A stretch of DNA of 54,510 bases from an uncultured Candidatus Saccharibacteria bacterium (GTDB taxonomy: Bacteria > Patescibacteriota > Saccharimonadia > Saccharimonadales > JAGQNJ01), in the NCBI GenBank assembly GCA_964510945.1, contig CAZEED010000006.1:1-54510 (forward strand), in the 5' to 3' direction. A program made the translations under genes and the position numbers. The notes under the pieces were generated by a model. The model was not told the origin of the DNA, did not search any database, and saw only the letters and a program-made list of their open reading frames with translations. Every line of letters begins with the position of its first letter. Position 1 is the first letter of the stretch. Shown here piece by piece: positions 42,727 through 52,964 of this stretch.

Positions 42727-43788
42727 TTGATGCACAAACAAAAAAACAATAATCTCGTAATCATATTAATCATTTTAATAGCCGTGGCGGGTTGTGTTGC
42801 TATATCAAGGCAAATATCCAATCGATACGCAGCAGATCAAGCTAATAATATTCAGCCATCAAAGCAAATTACAGTATCAAAATCAGGGTCATTTAAATTC
42901 ACTGCACTAGGTGACATAAGTTCATCCAAAAATGCCAGTCACGTACTGACAAAATTAGGAAAAACTAAAAACGATTTTACATTGGCTCTTGGAGATTTAG
43001 GTTACGATGGTAACGGCACAGAAGAAAAATGGTGCGATTTTGTAAAAGAAAGAATTGGTAGCAAGCATCCTTTTCAATTAGTTGCCGGAAATCATGATGA
43101 CGGTAATGGGGACGGAGATATTTTGGCATATAGAAAATGTCTGCCAAACAAAATCAAAAAAATAACAGGTAACTATGGATTAGAATATTATTTTGATCAC
43201 AAAAAACTCGCTAGATTTATTTTAATATCACCAGATATAGACGATTATGGTTTTAGCTATAATGCCGGTTCAAAGCATTATAATTGGCTGTCAAAGACAA
43301 TAGATTCTGCACGAGAAAAAAATATCCCCTGGATCATAGTAGGTATGCATAAAAACTGTATCACTATTGGCGAGAAAACATGCGAGATCGAAGGCGATCT
43401 GCTGGATCTTTTAGTCAAAAAGAAGATTGATATTGTCCTGCAAGGCCATGAGCACGGCTATATGCGCTCAAAACAACTGGCGCTTACGCCTGACTGCCCT
43501 AGCATTATGATAAATTCCACCAATTCAAAATGTATAAAAAAATCCGGAAATACTTTCAAGAAAGGTGATGGGACAATAATCGCTATTAGTGGGGCGGGGG
43601 GTAAAAACCTCCGGGGAATTAATCTAAACGACCCTGAGAAAGAATACTTCCAAACTTGGAATGGTAGTAATATTGGCAATTCTTATGGCTTTAGTATGTT
43701 CAACATTTCAAAAAATCGGTTGATCAGTGAATTTGTCCCCGCTACCAACAGCTACACAGATTCTTTTTCGATCACCAAGAAGAATTAA
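42727..43788 (+). CDS. membrane-anchored calcineurin-like metallophosphoesterase
   Basis: N-terminal TM segment. GDLGYDG, AGNHD and GHEHGY are metallophosphoesterase motifs. ATG at 42730 is the likelier start. Confidence 0.8.
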   Translation: MMHKQKNNNLVIILIILIAVAGCVAISRQISNRYAADQANNIQPSKQITVSKSGSFKFTALGDISSSKNASHVLTKLGKTKNDFTLALGDLGYDGNGTEEKWCDFVKERIGSKHPFQLVAGNHDDGNGDGDILAYRKCLPNKIKKITGNYGLEYYFDHKKLARFILISPDIDDYGFSYNAGSKHYNWLSKTIDSAREKNIPWIIVGMHKNCITIGEKTCEIEGDLLDLLVKKKIDIVLQGHEHGYMRSKQLALTPDCPSIMINSTNSKCIKKSGNTFKKGDGTIIAISGAGGKNLRGINLNDPEKEYFQTWNGSNIGNSYGFSMFNISKNRLISEFVPATNSYTDSFSITKKN

Positions 43789-43881
43789 AACTGAATAGTC
43801 ATCTTGTCTTTGCATGTTATCGTTGTGTTTGAATTATTTTAACCAAAGCTAATTAATATATCAGATGTATGACACCACCTA

Positions 43882-43890
43882 TGATACAAT
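43882..43890 (+). promoter_or_regulatory. extended -10 promoter element upstream of tyrS
   Basis: TGATACAAT lies about 31 nt upstream of GTG 43922, with an AGAGAGG RBS in between. Confidence 0.35.
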
Positions 43891-43921
43891 TTAGACAATA
43901 AACAAGAGAGGTTAAGACAAA

Positions 43922-45142
43922 GTGAAAATAATCACAAACAAACAAGCAATTGACGAAATAGTATCACGGTCCATTGCCGAGATTTACCCATCAAAAGAAG
44001 CTTTTGCAAAAAAGTTACTTGAAGACAAACAGCTGACTTTTTATGTCGGGATTGATCCAACGGCAGATTATGTGCACCTAGGGCATTCTACTAATTATTT
44101 ATTACTCGAACGGTTACATAAGTTAGGACACAAGATAATTGTCCTAGTTGGCGACTTTACGGCCATGATTGGCGACCCTAGTGACAAAACCTCCATGAGA
44201 ACACCTCTAACCGAAGAAGAAGTTAAAACAAATCTAAAGAGCTTTAAAGACCAAATCGGTAAGATATTAGATTTTGAAAGCAAAGACAATCCTATAGAAT
44301 TCAAATTTAATTCGCAGTGGCTTTCGCCTCTAACGTTTAAAGATAGTGTCGAGTTAGCATCAAACTTTACCGTCCAACAAATGTTGGAAAGAGATGCTTT
44401 TGAAAAACGGATAAAACAACAAAAGCCACTTTTTGTGCATGAATTTTTTTACCCTCTAATGCAAGGTTATGATTCTGTAGCGATGAACGTTGATGGCGAA
44501 ATTGGTGGCACTGACCAAACATTTAATATGCTCGCTGGAAGAACGCTACTCAAAAGATACAAGAATAAAGAAAAATTCGTTATAACAACTACTCTTTTAG
44601 AAAACCCAGAAACTGGTGAAAAAATGATGAGTAAAAGCCTCGGTACGGGCATAGGTCTAAATGAACCGCCAAAAGAAATGTACATAAAAACCATGCAATT
44701 ACCAGATGCGGGCATACTGCAGACTTTTATTGACTGTACTCGGCTAACTCTTGATGAAATTGACAAGATTAAAGAACGCTTAGGATCGGACGAGAATCCA
44801 CGCGATATCAAAATGCTTTTGGCTCACGAAATAGTTAGTATGTATCACGGCAAATCTGCAGCTGATAACGCCGAAGCACGATGGGTGTCTGAAATTAGTA
44901 ACAAAGAATTAGCATCTGACATAAAAACCATAGAATTTGATAAAACAACTGACTTGATTGAAAAGATTGTCGATCTAGGAATTGTTGATAGCAAGAGCAG
45001 GGCAAGGCGTTTGATAGCAGAAGGCGCAGTTAAGATTAACGATAATAAAGTCTCTAATGACAACTACAAAGATTTGATTGCAGACAAGTCCATACTATCT
45101 GTTGGCAAGAAGCACAAATTCAAATTAAACGTTAAAAATTAA
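43922..45142 (+). CDS. tyrS: tyrosine--tRNA ligase
   Basis: HIGH motif (YVHLGHS), KMSKS motif (KMMSKSLG) and a C-terminal S4-like domain (ARRLIAEGAVKINDNKV). Confidence 0.92.
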   Translation: MKIITNKQAIDEIVSRSIAEIYPSKEAFAKKLLEDKQLTFYVGIDPTADYVHLGHSTNYLLLERLHKLGHKIIVLVGDFTAMIGDPSDKTSMRTPLTEEEVKTNLKSFKDQIGKILDFESKDNPIEFKFNSQWLSPLTFKDSVELASNFTVQQMLERDAFEKRIKQQKPLFVHEFFYPLMQGYDSVAMNVDGEIGGTDQTFNMLAGRTLLKRYKNKEKFVITTTLLENPETGEKMMSKSLGTGIGLNEPPKEMYIKTMQLPDAGILQTFIDCTRLTLDEIDKIKERLGSDENPRDIKMLLAHEIVSMYHGKSAADNAEARWVSEISNKELASDIKTIEFDKTTDLIEKIVDLGIVDSKSRARRLIAEGAVKINDNKVSNDNYKDLIADKSILSVGKKHKFKLNVKN

Positions 45143-45215
45143 ACCATAATCGATAAGTTATTGTTATAAACCTGGGACTTTCGTATAGTAAAAGCATAAG
45201 AAGGTCTCACTAATA

Positions 45216-46922
45216 ATGAATAACAATTCGTTTAATTTTTTTCAACCAAAATTACTTTTTCGTAGTTGGCGAAAAAAACAATTTCCGACAGATTTATTAG
45301 CAGGTTTAACAGTTGCCGCGATTGCCATACCGCAATCTATGGCCTATACCCAGCTCGCACACGTCCCTATAAGTACCGGTCTGTACACTGCACTCGCCGC
45401 AATGATCGCCTACGCACTATTCACATCATCAAAGAGAGTGATTGTCGGTCCAGATACCGCAATGTCGATTATGACTGGGGCAGCAATCACCCCATTAATT
45501 ATCGGTAATCCCGAATCAGCAACATTCTATGCCGTCATTTTGGCTACTTTGGTAGGAGGATTTTGTATTATTGGCGCTAAGCTCAAACTATATTACATTG
45601 CAGAATTTTTATCACGTCCTATTCTTTTAGGCTATTTAATGGGGGTTGCAATCGTTATTATTTCTGATCAGATTCCAAAGATGTTTGGGCTGAATATTGG
45701 TGGTGAAAATGCTATACATAATCTTTATCAACTTACCGTGCAATTTCCAAACACGCATACTCTAACCATGATATTAAGTGTTTCTTTATTAGTAATAGGC
45801 CTAGTTCTAAAAAAATTACTGCCTAAAATTCCGGTATCTATCTTGCTGTTGTTGGTCGCTAGTATAGCTTCGATGATTTACGGTTTTGCAGAGCTCGGCG
45901 TAGCTAATGTTGGGAATATCCCGGCCGGTCTGCCGAATCTTAACGTTCCAAATATGAACTTTGATTCAATGCAAACATTATTATTACCCGCCGCAGCCAT
46001 TGCCTTAGTATCATTTGCCGACACTATCGCAACCGCACGATCATTTGCATCTAAAAACCATCAAGACGTATCAACAAATCAAGAGTTAACTAGCCTTGGA
46101 ATCGCTAATTTAGCCGTGGTTCCAGTGGGCGGTATGCCAGTTTCGGCTAGTGGATCAAGAACAGCAGTCAACGACAACCTAAAAGCCAAGTCACAATTCT
46201 CTCAACTTTACGCTTCAGGTATTATCGCGCTCGTTTTGATTGCATTTTCTCAGTACCTCAGTTATATTCCAAGATTTGCCTTAGCGGTTATTATCATATT
46301 ATCCGCATATACTTTATTTGATTTTGAAGAAGTTAAATCGATCTGGAGAGGCTGGAGGAGCGAAGCGATCTTAGCGTTTATTACTGCCGGAGGCGTAGCA
46401 TTTTTGGGGATATTGCCTGGCCTAGGTCTAGCTATTGCACTAGCAGTAGCTAACCTGATAAGACGCTCTGCTTTCCCGCATGATGCAGTACTTGGGGTTA
46501 GCGAAGATGGGCTGACTTTTCGCGATAGCTCTAGGCCACCAAAAACATTTGATATTCCCGGGTTAATTATTTATCGATTTGATGCTCCGCTATATTTTGG
46601 AAATGCAAATTACTTTAAAGACAGAGTTCTCAATTTAATAAATAGTTCTGAAAACAAAGTAAATTGGTTTTTATTAGATGCAGAATCTATATCGAGCATT
46701 GACTCTACAGGCGCGAAAACAATTAAATCAGTCATGCGCGAGCTTGACAGTAAAGACATCGGTTTTGTCACAGCCAGAATGAAGGGACCAATTAGAGATA
46801 CACTACGAAAAACTCACCTTGGTGCAAAGATAGAAAATCGGCCTCACTTTCCTTCGATAGGTAAGGCATACGAAGCATATTGTGAAAAATATGGAGTCGT
46901 ATCAAGACGCCGAAGTGATTAA
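45216..46922 (+). CDS. SulP-family anion (sulfate) permease with C-terminal STAS domain
   Basis: 568 aa. DLLAGLTVAAIAIPQSMAYTQLA is the N-terminal signature. Multiple TM segments, and a C-terminal STAS-like region (LIIYRFDAPLYFGNANYF...IDSTGA). Confidence 0.9.
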   Translation: MNNNSFNFFQPKLLFRSWRKKQFPTDLLAGLTVAAIAIPQSMAYTQLAHVPISTGLYTALAAMIAYALFTSSKRVIVGPDTAMSIMTGAAITPLIIGNPESATFYAVILATLVGGFCIIGAKLKLYYIAEFLSRPILLGYLMGVAIVIISDQIPKMFGLNIGGENAIHNLYQLTVQFPNTHTLTMILSVSLLVIGLVLKKLLPKIPVSILLLLVASIASMIYGFAELGVANVGNIPAGLPNLNVPNMNFDSMQTLLLPAAAIALVSFADTIATARSFASKNHQDVSTNQELTSLGIANLAVVPVGGMPVSASGSRTAVNDNLKAKSQFSQLYASGIIALVLIAFSQYLSYIPRFALAVIIILSAYTLFDFEEVKSIWRGWRSEAILAFITAGGVAFLGILPGLGLAIALAVANLIRRSAFPHDAVLGVSEDGLTFRDSSRPPKTFDIPGLIIYRFDAPLYFGNANYFKDRVLNLINSSENKVNWFLLDAESISSIDSTGAKTIKSVMRELDSKDIGFVTARMKGPIRDTLRKTHLGAKIENRPHFPSIGKAYEAYCEKYGVVSRRRSD

Positions 46923-46941
46923 TTAATCAAAAAGTCTTTTG

Positions 46942-47838
46942 CTATTTATAATCCATAAACTTCATACTGGTTGGCTTAACACGAATCACAACAAACTCGC
47001 CAGCTATCAGTAAAGACACGGGTGGCCACGCCACATCGCCACCATAGACTCTTGGTTTTATTAGTTTGGTCGTTACTGATTTAATCTCGTTCTTGTCGGT
47101 AATCAGATCTGCTACTCCTTCAAGTTGGAGAGTCTTCCTATCTGGCTCATCGAAGATCGTCAAGGCTACAGCTGGATTAATCATAATATTCAGCGCTTTC
47201 TCGGTCTGACTCTTCGTGACTATATAAAAATAATTTTCTTCGCCCAGTAGGTAATAAACGACAGCCCCATTTACAGCACCACGACGATTAATGGTCGACA
47301 ACACCGCAATGTCATGGCCAACTAAAAAATCTCTTACTTCACTAGAGATTGGTTGTTGCTGTTCTGTAGCCATATTTTTAGACTCAGTTGTTTTCTGCGT
47401 CGGAATATCGTTACCGACAGGTTTTCTTATTGGTCCAACGGACCGATTTTTCAAATGCTCGATACCTCTTGACTCAATATATTGAACAAATACTTTTGCA
47501 CATTCGGTATTAACAAATCGTAGATTATAATCGCCTGCTCGGGTGTGTATAATAACCCCCGAAAATCGTCCTTGAGCATTATGACTAATTCCACTGACAA
47601 AATCATAAGATATCTCGTCATTGATACGAAAGAACGGCTTGTGATCCATGTATATTAGCCGTCTATCAGTGGCGACAATAGTAGCGGTGTTCTTGTCTCG
47701 CCAACCGTATATAACACCTTTAATATGTTCATCGGGATGTATTACAGACGGGAGATTATGAATTGTGGGCTTTCTTAGTCCGTAGCTAGTTACTCCAGCC
47801 GCAATAAGTTCTTGTTTAATCCGAGTTTTGTGGTCCAT
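46942..47838 (-). CDS. PH-like domain fused to a pyridoxamine 5'-phosphate oxidase-like FMN-binding split-barrel domain
   Basis: The C-terminal half, VRDFLVGHDIAVLSTINRRGAVNGAVVYY...ALTIFD, fits PNPOx-like proteins. The start is taken at ATG 47836-47838, 10 nt after AGGAG; the ORF-track start is 47862. Confidence 0.6.
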   Translation of the reverse strand: MDHKTRIKQELIAAGVTSYGLRKPTIHNLPSVIHPDEHIKGVIYGWRDKNTATIVATDRRLIYMDHKPFFRINDEISYDFVSGISHNAQGRFSGVIIHTRAGDYNLRFVNTECAKVFVQYIESRGIEHLKNRSVGPIRKPVGNDIPTQKTTESKNMATEQQQPISSEVRDFLVGHDIAVLSTINRRGAVNGAVVYYLLGEENYFYIVTKSQTEKALNIMINPAVALTIFDEPDRKTLQLEGVADLITDKNEIKSVTTKLIKPRVYGGDVAWPPVSLLIAGEFVVIRVKPTSMKFMDYK

Positions 47839-47989
47839 AACCGTTGAACTCCTACACTTCATATTATACCACTGCGTGGATTTATATATTTTTATACTTC
47901 GCCAACATGCAACATAACAATTCGTGGCAATTGACTAATACACAAATCGAGTGCCATAATATAGATATTCATTAACAAGGGAGGTTCTT

Positions 47990-48526
47990 ATGAGCGAAAA
48001 ACTTAAACCAATGTGGGAGTTACTAGTTTTTAGAGGTGTAGCTGGCATACTTTTTGGTATCGCAGCAGTGTTTTGGCCAGGGTTAACCCTCACAACATTG
48101 GTGTACATTGTGAGTATCTATGTACTACTTATGGGAGTTGTTAGTTTAGTTGAAGCAGTTATGAATCTAACGAGAGGTGATAACTGGTTTCTCCGAATGC
48201 TAGCTGGAATCGCACAACTAGGCGTTGGTCTATACCTAGTTAGACATCCACTAGTAACTTTTGGAACATTCATACTTTTGTTTGGCTTCGTATTTATCGC
48301 TAGTGGCGTACTAGAAGTAGTTGGATCACTTATCGATGAGCCAAGTGCTACTCATAAAATGCTTGGGATAATCGGTGGAGCATTGTCAGTGTTAGTCGGA
48401 GTAATCCTCCTAATGCAACCAGCTAGCGCCGGCGTAGCCTTTGTTTGGGTAGTCGGACTATATGCATTGATCACTGGACCAATCATGATTGCTATGGGGA
48501 TGGACATCAAAAAAGCCACAGAATAG
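47990..48526 (+). CDS. HdeD-family (DUF308) membrane protein
   Basis: 178 aa. Repeated G-rich TM hairpins (GVAGILFGIAAVFWPG...). GGGAGG RBS. Confidence 0.65.
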   Translation: MSEKLKPMWELLVFRGVAGILFGIAAVFWPGLTLTTLVYIVSIYVLLMGVVSLVEAVMNLTRGDNWFLRMLAGIAQLGVGLYLVRHPLVTFGTFILLFGFVFIASGVLEVVGSLIDEPSATHKMLGIIGGALSVLVGVILLMQPASAGVAFVWVVGLYALITGPIMIAMGMDIKKATE

Positions 48527-48550
48527 TAACAAAAACAAAAAATGTATAAA

Positions 48551-48577
48551 GCCTCTAGATAAATAGAGGCTTTTTTT
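48551..48577. terminator. bidirectional rho-independent terminator between convergent genes
   Basis: Stem gcctcta/tagaggc with a gataaa loop, followed by a T7 run and preceded by an A-rich stretch. Confidence 0.65.
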
Positions 48578-49805
48578 ATTCGTTACGAAGCGCGTCTATT
48601 GGGTTCTTTTTAGAAGCGTTAACGGCTGGAATAACTCCAAAGAATACACCCGCGCTGACAGAGATTATCACCGCCAATAAACAAACTTGAATTGTAATGA
48701 CCGGCTGCATCTCAGTAAATATTCTAATAGCAAAATTTACAAGTAACGACACGAAAAGCCCAACAAATCCACCCAAAAGACTAAGTACTACTGCCTCTGA
48801 TATAAACTGTCCCAATATTTGTTTATCGGTTGCCCCGACAGCTTTTCGAATACCAATTTCTCGTGTTCGTTCTGTGACTGACACAATCATCACATTCATG
48901 ACTCCGATCCCACCAACAACAATAGAGATAGTCGCAACAGCCACAACTAGACCTGTCAAAACTCTTAAGACATTATTGGCAATTGCTAGTGTATCCTTTT
49001 GCTTAAGCACCGTGTAGTCACTACTTGATGCATTTACTTTGATTAGATTTTGTTCAATAGCACTTTGTACTTCTTCAACTTTGTTGGCATCAGTAGGTTT
49101 TGCCAAAATTTGAAATACTTGGGCAGATCCTTCATTAATCGATTTTCCAGTTACGTACGGTATAAATATTGCGTTATTATAATTTGCCCCGAAGTTTAGT
49201 GGGATCTCATCAAACTCTGAAAATACGCCTTTGACAATAAATGATTGCCCCCGAAAGGTTAACGATCGGCCAATTGGGGCGCTATCGTTAAATAGTTGCC
49301 GGGCAATCGTTGATCCGACAACAGCGAAATTTTTACCTTCATCTGTTTCTGATAAAAATTGCCCAAACTCTATATCATGATTAATTAGCCCAGCGAAGGT
49401 GTTCGTCGTAGCAATAACTTGGCCACTTTTGTATTCTTTGCCGTCATAAGTCACGTTACCGCTAACTAAAGATAATGGAGCCACCGAAGCAACTCCTTTA
49501 GAGCTAGACACCGCCTCGATATCGCTATCAGCCAAAGTCGTAGAATTATTAAATACCGAAAAAACATCGACATTCGTAATATTTCCGCTGGCATCTTTAT
49601 CCAGATGTTTGCCTGGACGTATTATCAATAGGTCACTGCCAAATTCTTTAATCTGAGATTCGATTTGCCGCTTTACACCTTCACCCAAACTAATCGTAGT
49701 AACTACCGAGACAATACCTATAATAATCCCGAGCATTGTCAAAAAACTTCTAAGCTTGGTAGCTTTTACAGTTTTGTAGGCTAATTTTAAATTAGATTTA
49801 ATCAT
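48576..49805 (-). CDS. ABC transporter permease (MacB/FtsX family)
   Basis: 409 aa. An N-terminal TM segment and a large periplasmic-type domain are followed by a C-terminal FtsX-like 3-TM bundle (RTREIGIRKAVGA). Confidence 0.85.
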   Translation of the reverse strand: MIKSNLKLAYKTVKATKLRSFLTMLGIIIGIVSVVTTISLGEGVKRQIESQIKEFGSDLLIIRPGKHLDKDASGNITNVDVFSVFNNSTTLADSDIEAVSSSKGVASVAPLSLVSGNVTYDGKEYKSGQVIATTNTFAGLINHDIEFGQFLSETDEGKNFAVVGSTIARQLFNDSAPIGRSLTFRGQSFIVKGVFSEFDEIPLNFGANYNNAIFIPYVTGKSINEGSAQVFQILAKPTDANKVEEVQSAIEQNLIKVNASSSDYTVLKQKDTLAIANNVLRVLTGLVVAVATISIVVGGIGVMNVMIVSVTERTREIGIRKAVGATDKQILGQFISEAVVLSLLGGFVGLFVSLLVNFAIRIFTEMQPVITIQVCLLAVIISVSAGVFFGVIPAVNASKKNPIDALRNE

Positions 49806-50671
49806 TATTTGTGGGCCTTAATCTTGGTATTTTTTGCTTTTCGTTTGTTACGTCGTTTTGGCTTCTTTTTATCATCAAGATCACCAGGTATTGTTTTCAT
49901 CAAGGCAGATACGCCAGCAACGTCATCTTCAGTAGTCTTTTTACTAACAAAATACATACTCCGTTTTAAGATGTCAGGTATGTCTCCGATCTTGTTCTTT
50001 TCGTCGTGAATAATTGTGCCGTCGTGAACGTATACAACTCGATCTGCATATTTTGTAAGGGCAGGGTTATGAGTCACCATTAGAACCGTGTTGCCGGCTT
50101 TATGAATTTCGCTTAGTAGCTCCATGACAACTTTACTTGATTCGCTATCTAGGTTACCGGTTGGTTCGTCGGCAATAATCAATTTCGGATCATTAATTAG
50201 AGCCCTAGCAATCGCCACGCGTTGTATCTCGCCACCACTTAATTGGCGTGGATAAAAGTATTCGCGATGGGCAAGCCCCATACGGTCTAATAACTCACCA
50301 GCTCGACGCATTTGAGTGACTGGAGACAGTCCTTTATAGGCAAGTGGTAGCGCGACATTTTCTAAAATTGTCATTTTTGGGAGTAGATTTGATGTCTGAA
50401 AAACAAAACCAATTGTATCTCTGCGGAGCTTAGCTTTTTGATTGTTGCTAAGTTTTGAGGTTAGCCGACCATTTAATTTGTATTCGCCGTGTGATGGCTC
50501 ATCCAAAAACCCAATAATATTCATGAGTGTTGATTTACCTGATCCACTAGGGCCCATAACCGCAATAAATTCGTTTTCTTCGACGACAAAATTAACCTCG
50601 TCGAGTGCAATAGTTGCAGCCTCACCGAAGCCATATAGTTTAGAAACGTCATCTATATCAATTAATGGCAT
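49805..50671 (-). CDS. ABC transporter ATP-binding protein (MacB/LolD-like)
   Basis: Walker [10 protein letters not shown], signature LSGGEIQR and Walker [10 protein letters not shown] Lys-rich C-terminal tail follows. Confidence 0.9.
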   Translation of the reverse strand: MPLIDIDDVSKLYGFGEAATIALDEVNFVVEENEFIAVMGPSGSGKSTLMNIIGFLDEPSHGEYKLNGRLTSKLSNNQKAKLRRDTIGFVFQTSNLLPKMTILENVALPLAYKGLSPVTQMRRAGELLDRMGLAHREYFYPRQLSGGEIQRVAIARALINDPKLIIADEPTGNLDSESSKVVMELLSEIHKAGNTVLMVTHNPALTKYADRVVYVHDGTIIHDEKNKIGDIPDILKRSMYFVSKKTTEDDVAGVSALMKTIPGDLDDKKKPKRRNKRKAKNTKIKAHK

Positions 50672-50838
50672 ATCATCCTTAAAAGTTTTGGTTAAAAAAA
50701 GGAGGTCGAGATTTTCTGACCCTCCTCCATGACCAATTTTCTTTGGCTATTAACTAATATACGCCACATTACAGATGTAAATCAAGAAAACCGTAACTTA
50801 TTATTTTTAGCCTAGTCATATATACTAACGGATATACG

Positions 50839-50930
50839 GAGAGGTGTCCGAGTGGTTGAAGGAGCACGCTTGGAAAGCGTGTATGTGAGGCAACTTGCAT
50901 CGAGGGTTCGAATCCCTCTCTCTCCGCCAT
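50839..50930 (+). tRNA. tRNA-Ser (anticodon GGA), CCA encoded
   Basis: Acceptor GGAGAGG/TCTCTCC. The anticodon stem CACGC/GCGTG carries the loop TTGGAAA. There is a long variable arm, a T-arm GAGGG-TTCGAAT-CCCTC and a terminal GCCA. Confidence 0.9.
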
Positions 50931-50937
50931 ACAAACG

Positions 50938-50964
50938 ACCGCACTTTTTTTGTGCGGTCTTTTG
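50938..50964 (+). terminator. rho-independent terminator after tRNA-Ser
   Basis: Stem gaccgcac/gtgcggtc with a T7 loop, followed by tttt. Confidence 0.75.
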
Positions 50965-51086
50965 TATGTAAGGAGCCTAAAGCCAACTGCTTGGATTTAG
51001 TGGGGTTCGAACAAGCGGAGCGATGTTTGGCCATTTTGCCAAACCGCGAGCTGAGCTCACGAGCAAATTACAAAGTAATTTGACTT

Positions 51087-51113
51087 GGGAGTCGAAAATC
51101 CCTCTCTCCGCCA
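51087..51113 (+). repeat. partial duplicate of the tRNA-Ser 3' end (att-type remnant)
   Basis: gggagtcgaaaatccctctctccgcca compares with the tRNA 3' end gagggttcgaatccctctctctccgcca. It lies about 160 nt downstream of the tRNA in the same orientation. Confidence 0.55.
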
Positions 51114-51194
51114 TTCGACAGGCTCATGGTAAACCAGGAGTTTGTCGGATGACTCTGAGCAAAGTCGAAGTGCCCACTGCGTATCTGATCAAAC

Positions 51195-51935
51195 CTATGT
51201 GCGATAGCGTTCCACGAAACGTTCTAGGATTTGCATTGGAACGGTGATATTTTCTTGCAAAGCTGCATGGACTAATTTTTTAGCATCCTGTGGTGGGAAA
51301 TAACCAAGATTTTTATAAGCGAGAATCCGTAATCCAAGTCCTTCAGAATCTAACTCTGGATGAAACTGTGTTCCGTATACATTTTTGCCAGAACGAATCA
51401 TGTGTACTGGGCAACCGTCAGACGAAGCCAACAAGACTGCACCTGGCGGTACTGATTGGCATGATTCTTTATGTCCAACAAATGCCCTGAATGAACTTGG
51501 CAAATCCTTTGTCAAAACATCCGTTTTTGCAGCTGTTTGCAACCTAATTGTTACGGCCTCGGCATTCTCTGCATATTTTTCTTTTGATACAACTCCGCCC
51601 AGACAAAAAGCTAACACGCTTAGCCCATAACAGGCTCCTAAAAACGGAACATCGTCATCAACAATCTGCCGGACCAATTTCTGCAAAGCCACTTCAATTT
51701 TTTTCTGTTGTGCAGTCTTTTTGCTTGAGTCGTCACTAAAACAAAAAGGACTGCCGCCAACAATAACACCCGAGTAATTATGCAAGTCTAGTTTTGGTAA
51801 GTCGTCTTTTTCTAAACGAATTCGGTGGGTATCAGAAACCTCTAGATTCCCGTATCGCAAGAATGCTTCGTATTCGTTATCCGCCAGCGTATCTTCAGGT
51901 CGTAACTGCAAAATCAAAAATGGTTTTATCATCAC
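51195..51935 (-). CDS. class I glutamine amidotransferase-like protein
   Basis: 246 aa. Nucleophile elbow PFLGACYG and GTQFHPE (His-Glu of the triad). Confidence 0.8.
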   Translation of the reverse strand: MMIKPFLILQLRPEDTLADNEYEAFLRYGNLEVSDTHRIRLEKDDLPKLDLHNYSGVIVGGSPFCFSDDSSKKTAQQKKIEVALQKLVRQIVDDDVPFLGACYGLSVLAFCLGGVVSKEKYAENAEAVTIRLQTAAKTDVLTKDLPSSFRAFVGHKESCQSVPPGAVLLASSDGCPVHMIRSGKNVYGTQFHPELDSEGLGLRILAYKNLGYFPPQDAKKLVHAALQENITVPMQILERFVERYRT

Positions 51936-52007
51936 GTATTAAGTATATATAAATTCATTTAGAATTTTTAGAAAGGTCTTTTTAAGGTACAATTTAGTTC
52001 AGTTATT

Positions 52008-52964
52008 ATGTCAACAACTAAACCAATAATTCGAATCAAAAAAGTAGTTAAAACCTATGGTGAGACAAAAGCTCTAGACGGACTAAGCTTTGAAGTAGCC
52101 AAAGGGGAGATTGTCGGGTTGTTAGGACCGAACGGAGCAGGCAAGACAACTATCATTAAAGTATTGTCTACCCTTCTAAAGCCAGACAGTGGCTCTGCAA
52201 CAGTTGACGGCAAAGATATCTTAAAAAACCCCCAAGAAGTGAGAGAATCAATTGGATTAGCAGGCCAATTCGCCGCTGTGGACGATATTCTTACCGGAAG
52301 ACAAAACCTAGAAATGGTCGGCAGACTATACCATATGCCAAAAGCAGATATCAAAAAACAGATCGAACAAGTGCTTAAACAAGTAAACCTCTCTCACGTA
52401 GCCGACAAATCAGTTAAAACCTATTCAGGCGGTATGAGGCGACGATTAGATTTGGGCGCCAGCCTGATGTTTACACCAAAGGTTTTGTTTTTAGACGAAC
52501 CGACAACTGGCCTCGACCCAAAAACTCGTCGAGATCTATGGGCGACTATTCGTGGACTAGTAAACCAAGGCGTTACACTACTGCTGACCACACAGTATTT
52601 AGAAGAAGCTGATGAACTGGCCGACAGAATCGTGGTAATTAACAAGGGTAAGGTAATTGCAGAAGGCACGTCGACACAACTTAAACGACAATTACGCGGT
52701 GATGTCCTTGAATTAGAATTAAAGAATACTTCTGATGTAACTAAAGCCAAAAAAATCTTGCATGAATTACTAAAGACAGAGATCTCATCTGAACAAGATA
52801 TAAAACAGCTCCGGATGACAGTCAAGCATGGTGTAGCTGACCTTAAAAAAGCCCTAGACAAATTAGGCGAGAGTAAGATTGCCGTTAATCATTTAACGCT
52901 AGCCCAACCAACACTCGACGAAGTTTTCTTAGAGCTAACTGAAGGCGGGGAAGACATAGAATGA
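52008..52964 (+). CDS. ABC transporter ATP-binding protein (DrrA/ABC-2 type)
   Basis: Walker A GPNGAGKTT, signature YSGGMRRR and Walker B LFLDEPTTGLD. Confidence 0.9.
   Translation: MSTTKPIIRIKKVVKTYGETKALDGLSFEVAKGEIVGLLGPNGAGKTTIIKVLSTLLKPDSGSATVDGKDILKNPQEVRESIGLAGQFAAVDDILTGRQNLEMVGRLYHMPKADIKKQIEQVLKQVNLSHVADKSVKTYSGGMRRRLDLGASLMFTPKVLFLDEPTTGLDPKTRRDLWATIRGLVNQGVTLLLTTQYLEEADELADRIVVINKGKVIAEGTSTQLKRQLRGDVLELELKNTSDVTKAKKILHELLKTEISSEQDIKQLRMTVKHGVADLKKALDKLGESKIAVNHLTLAQPTLDEVFLELTEGGEDIE

Noticed and set aside
43789-43921. T-box leader upstream of tyrS
   Set aside because: The intergenic region is only about 130 nt. I could find no T-box sequence (AAnnnGGGTGGnACCGCG-like) or specifier-loop/antiterminator arrangement. 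A simple promoter plus RBS explains it.
50825-51083. ORFs 50825-51034 (-) and 50895-51083 (+) over the tRNA-Ser locus
   Set aside because: They overlap a canonical tRNA gene, its terminator and the tRNA-fragment region, so they are spurious.
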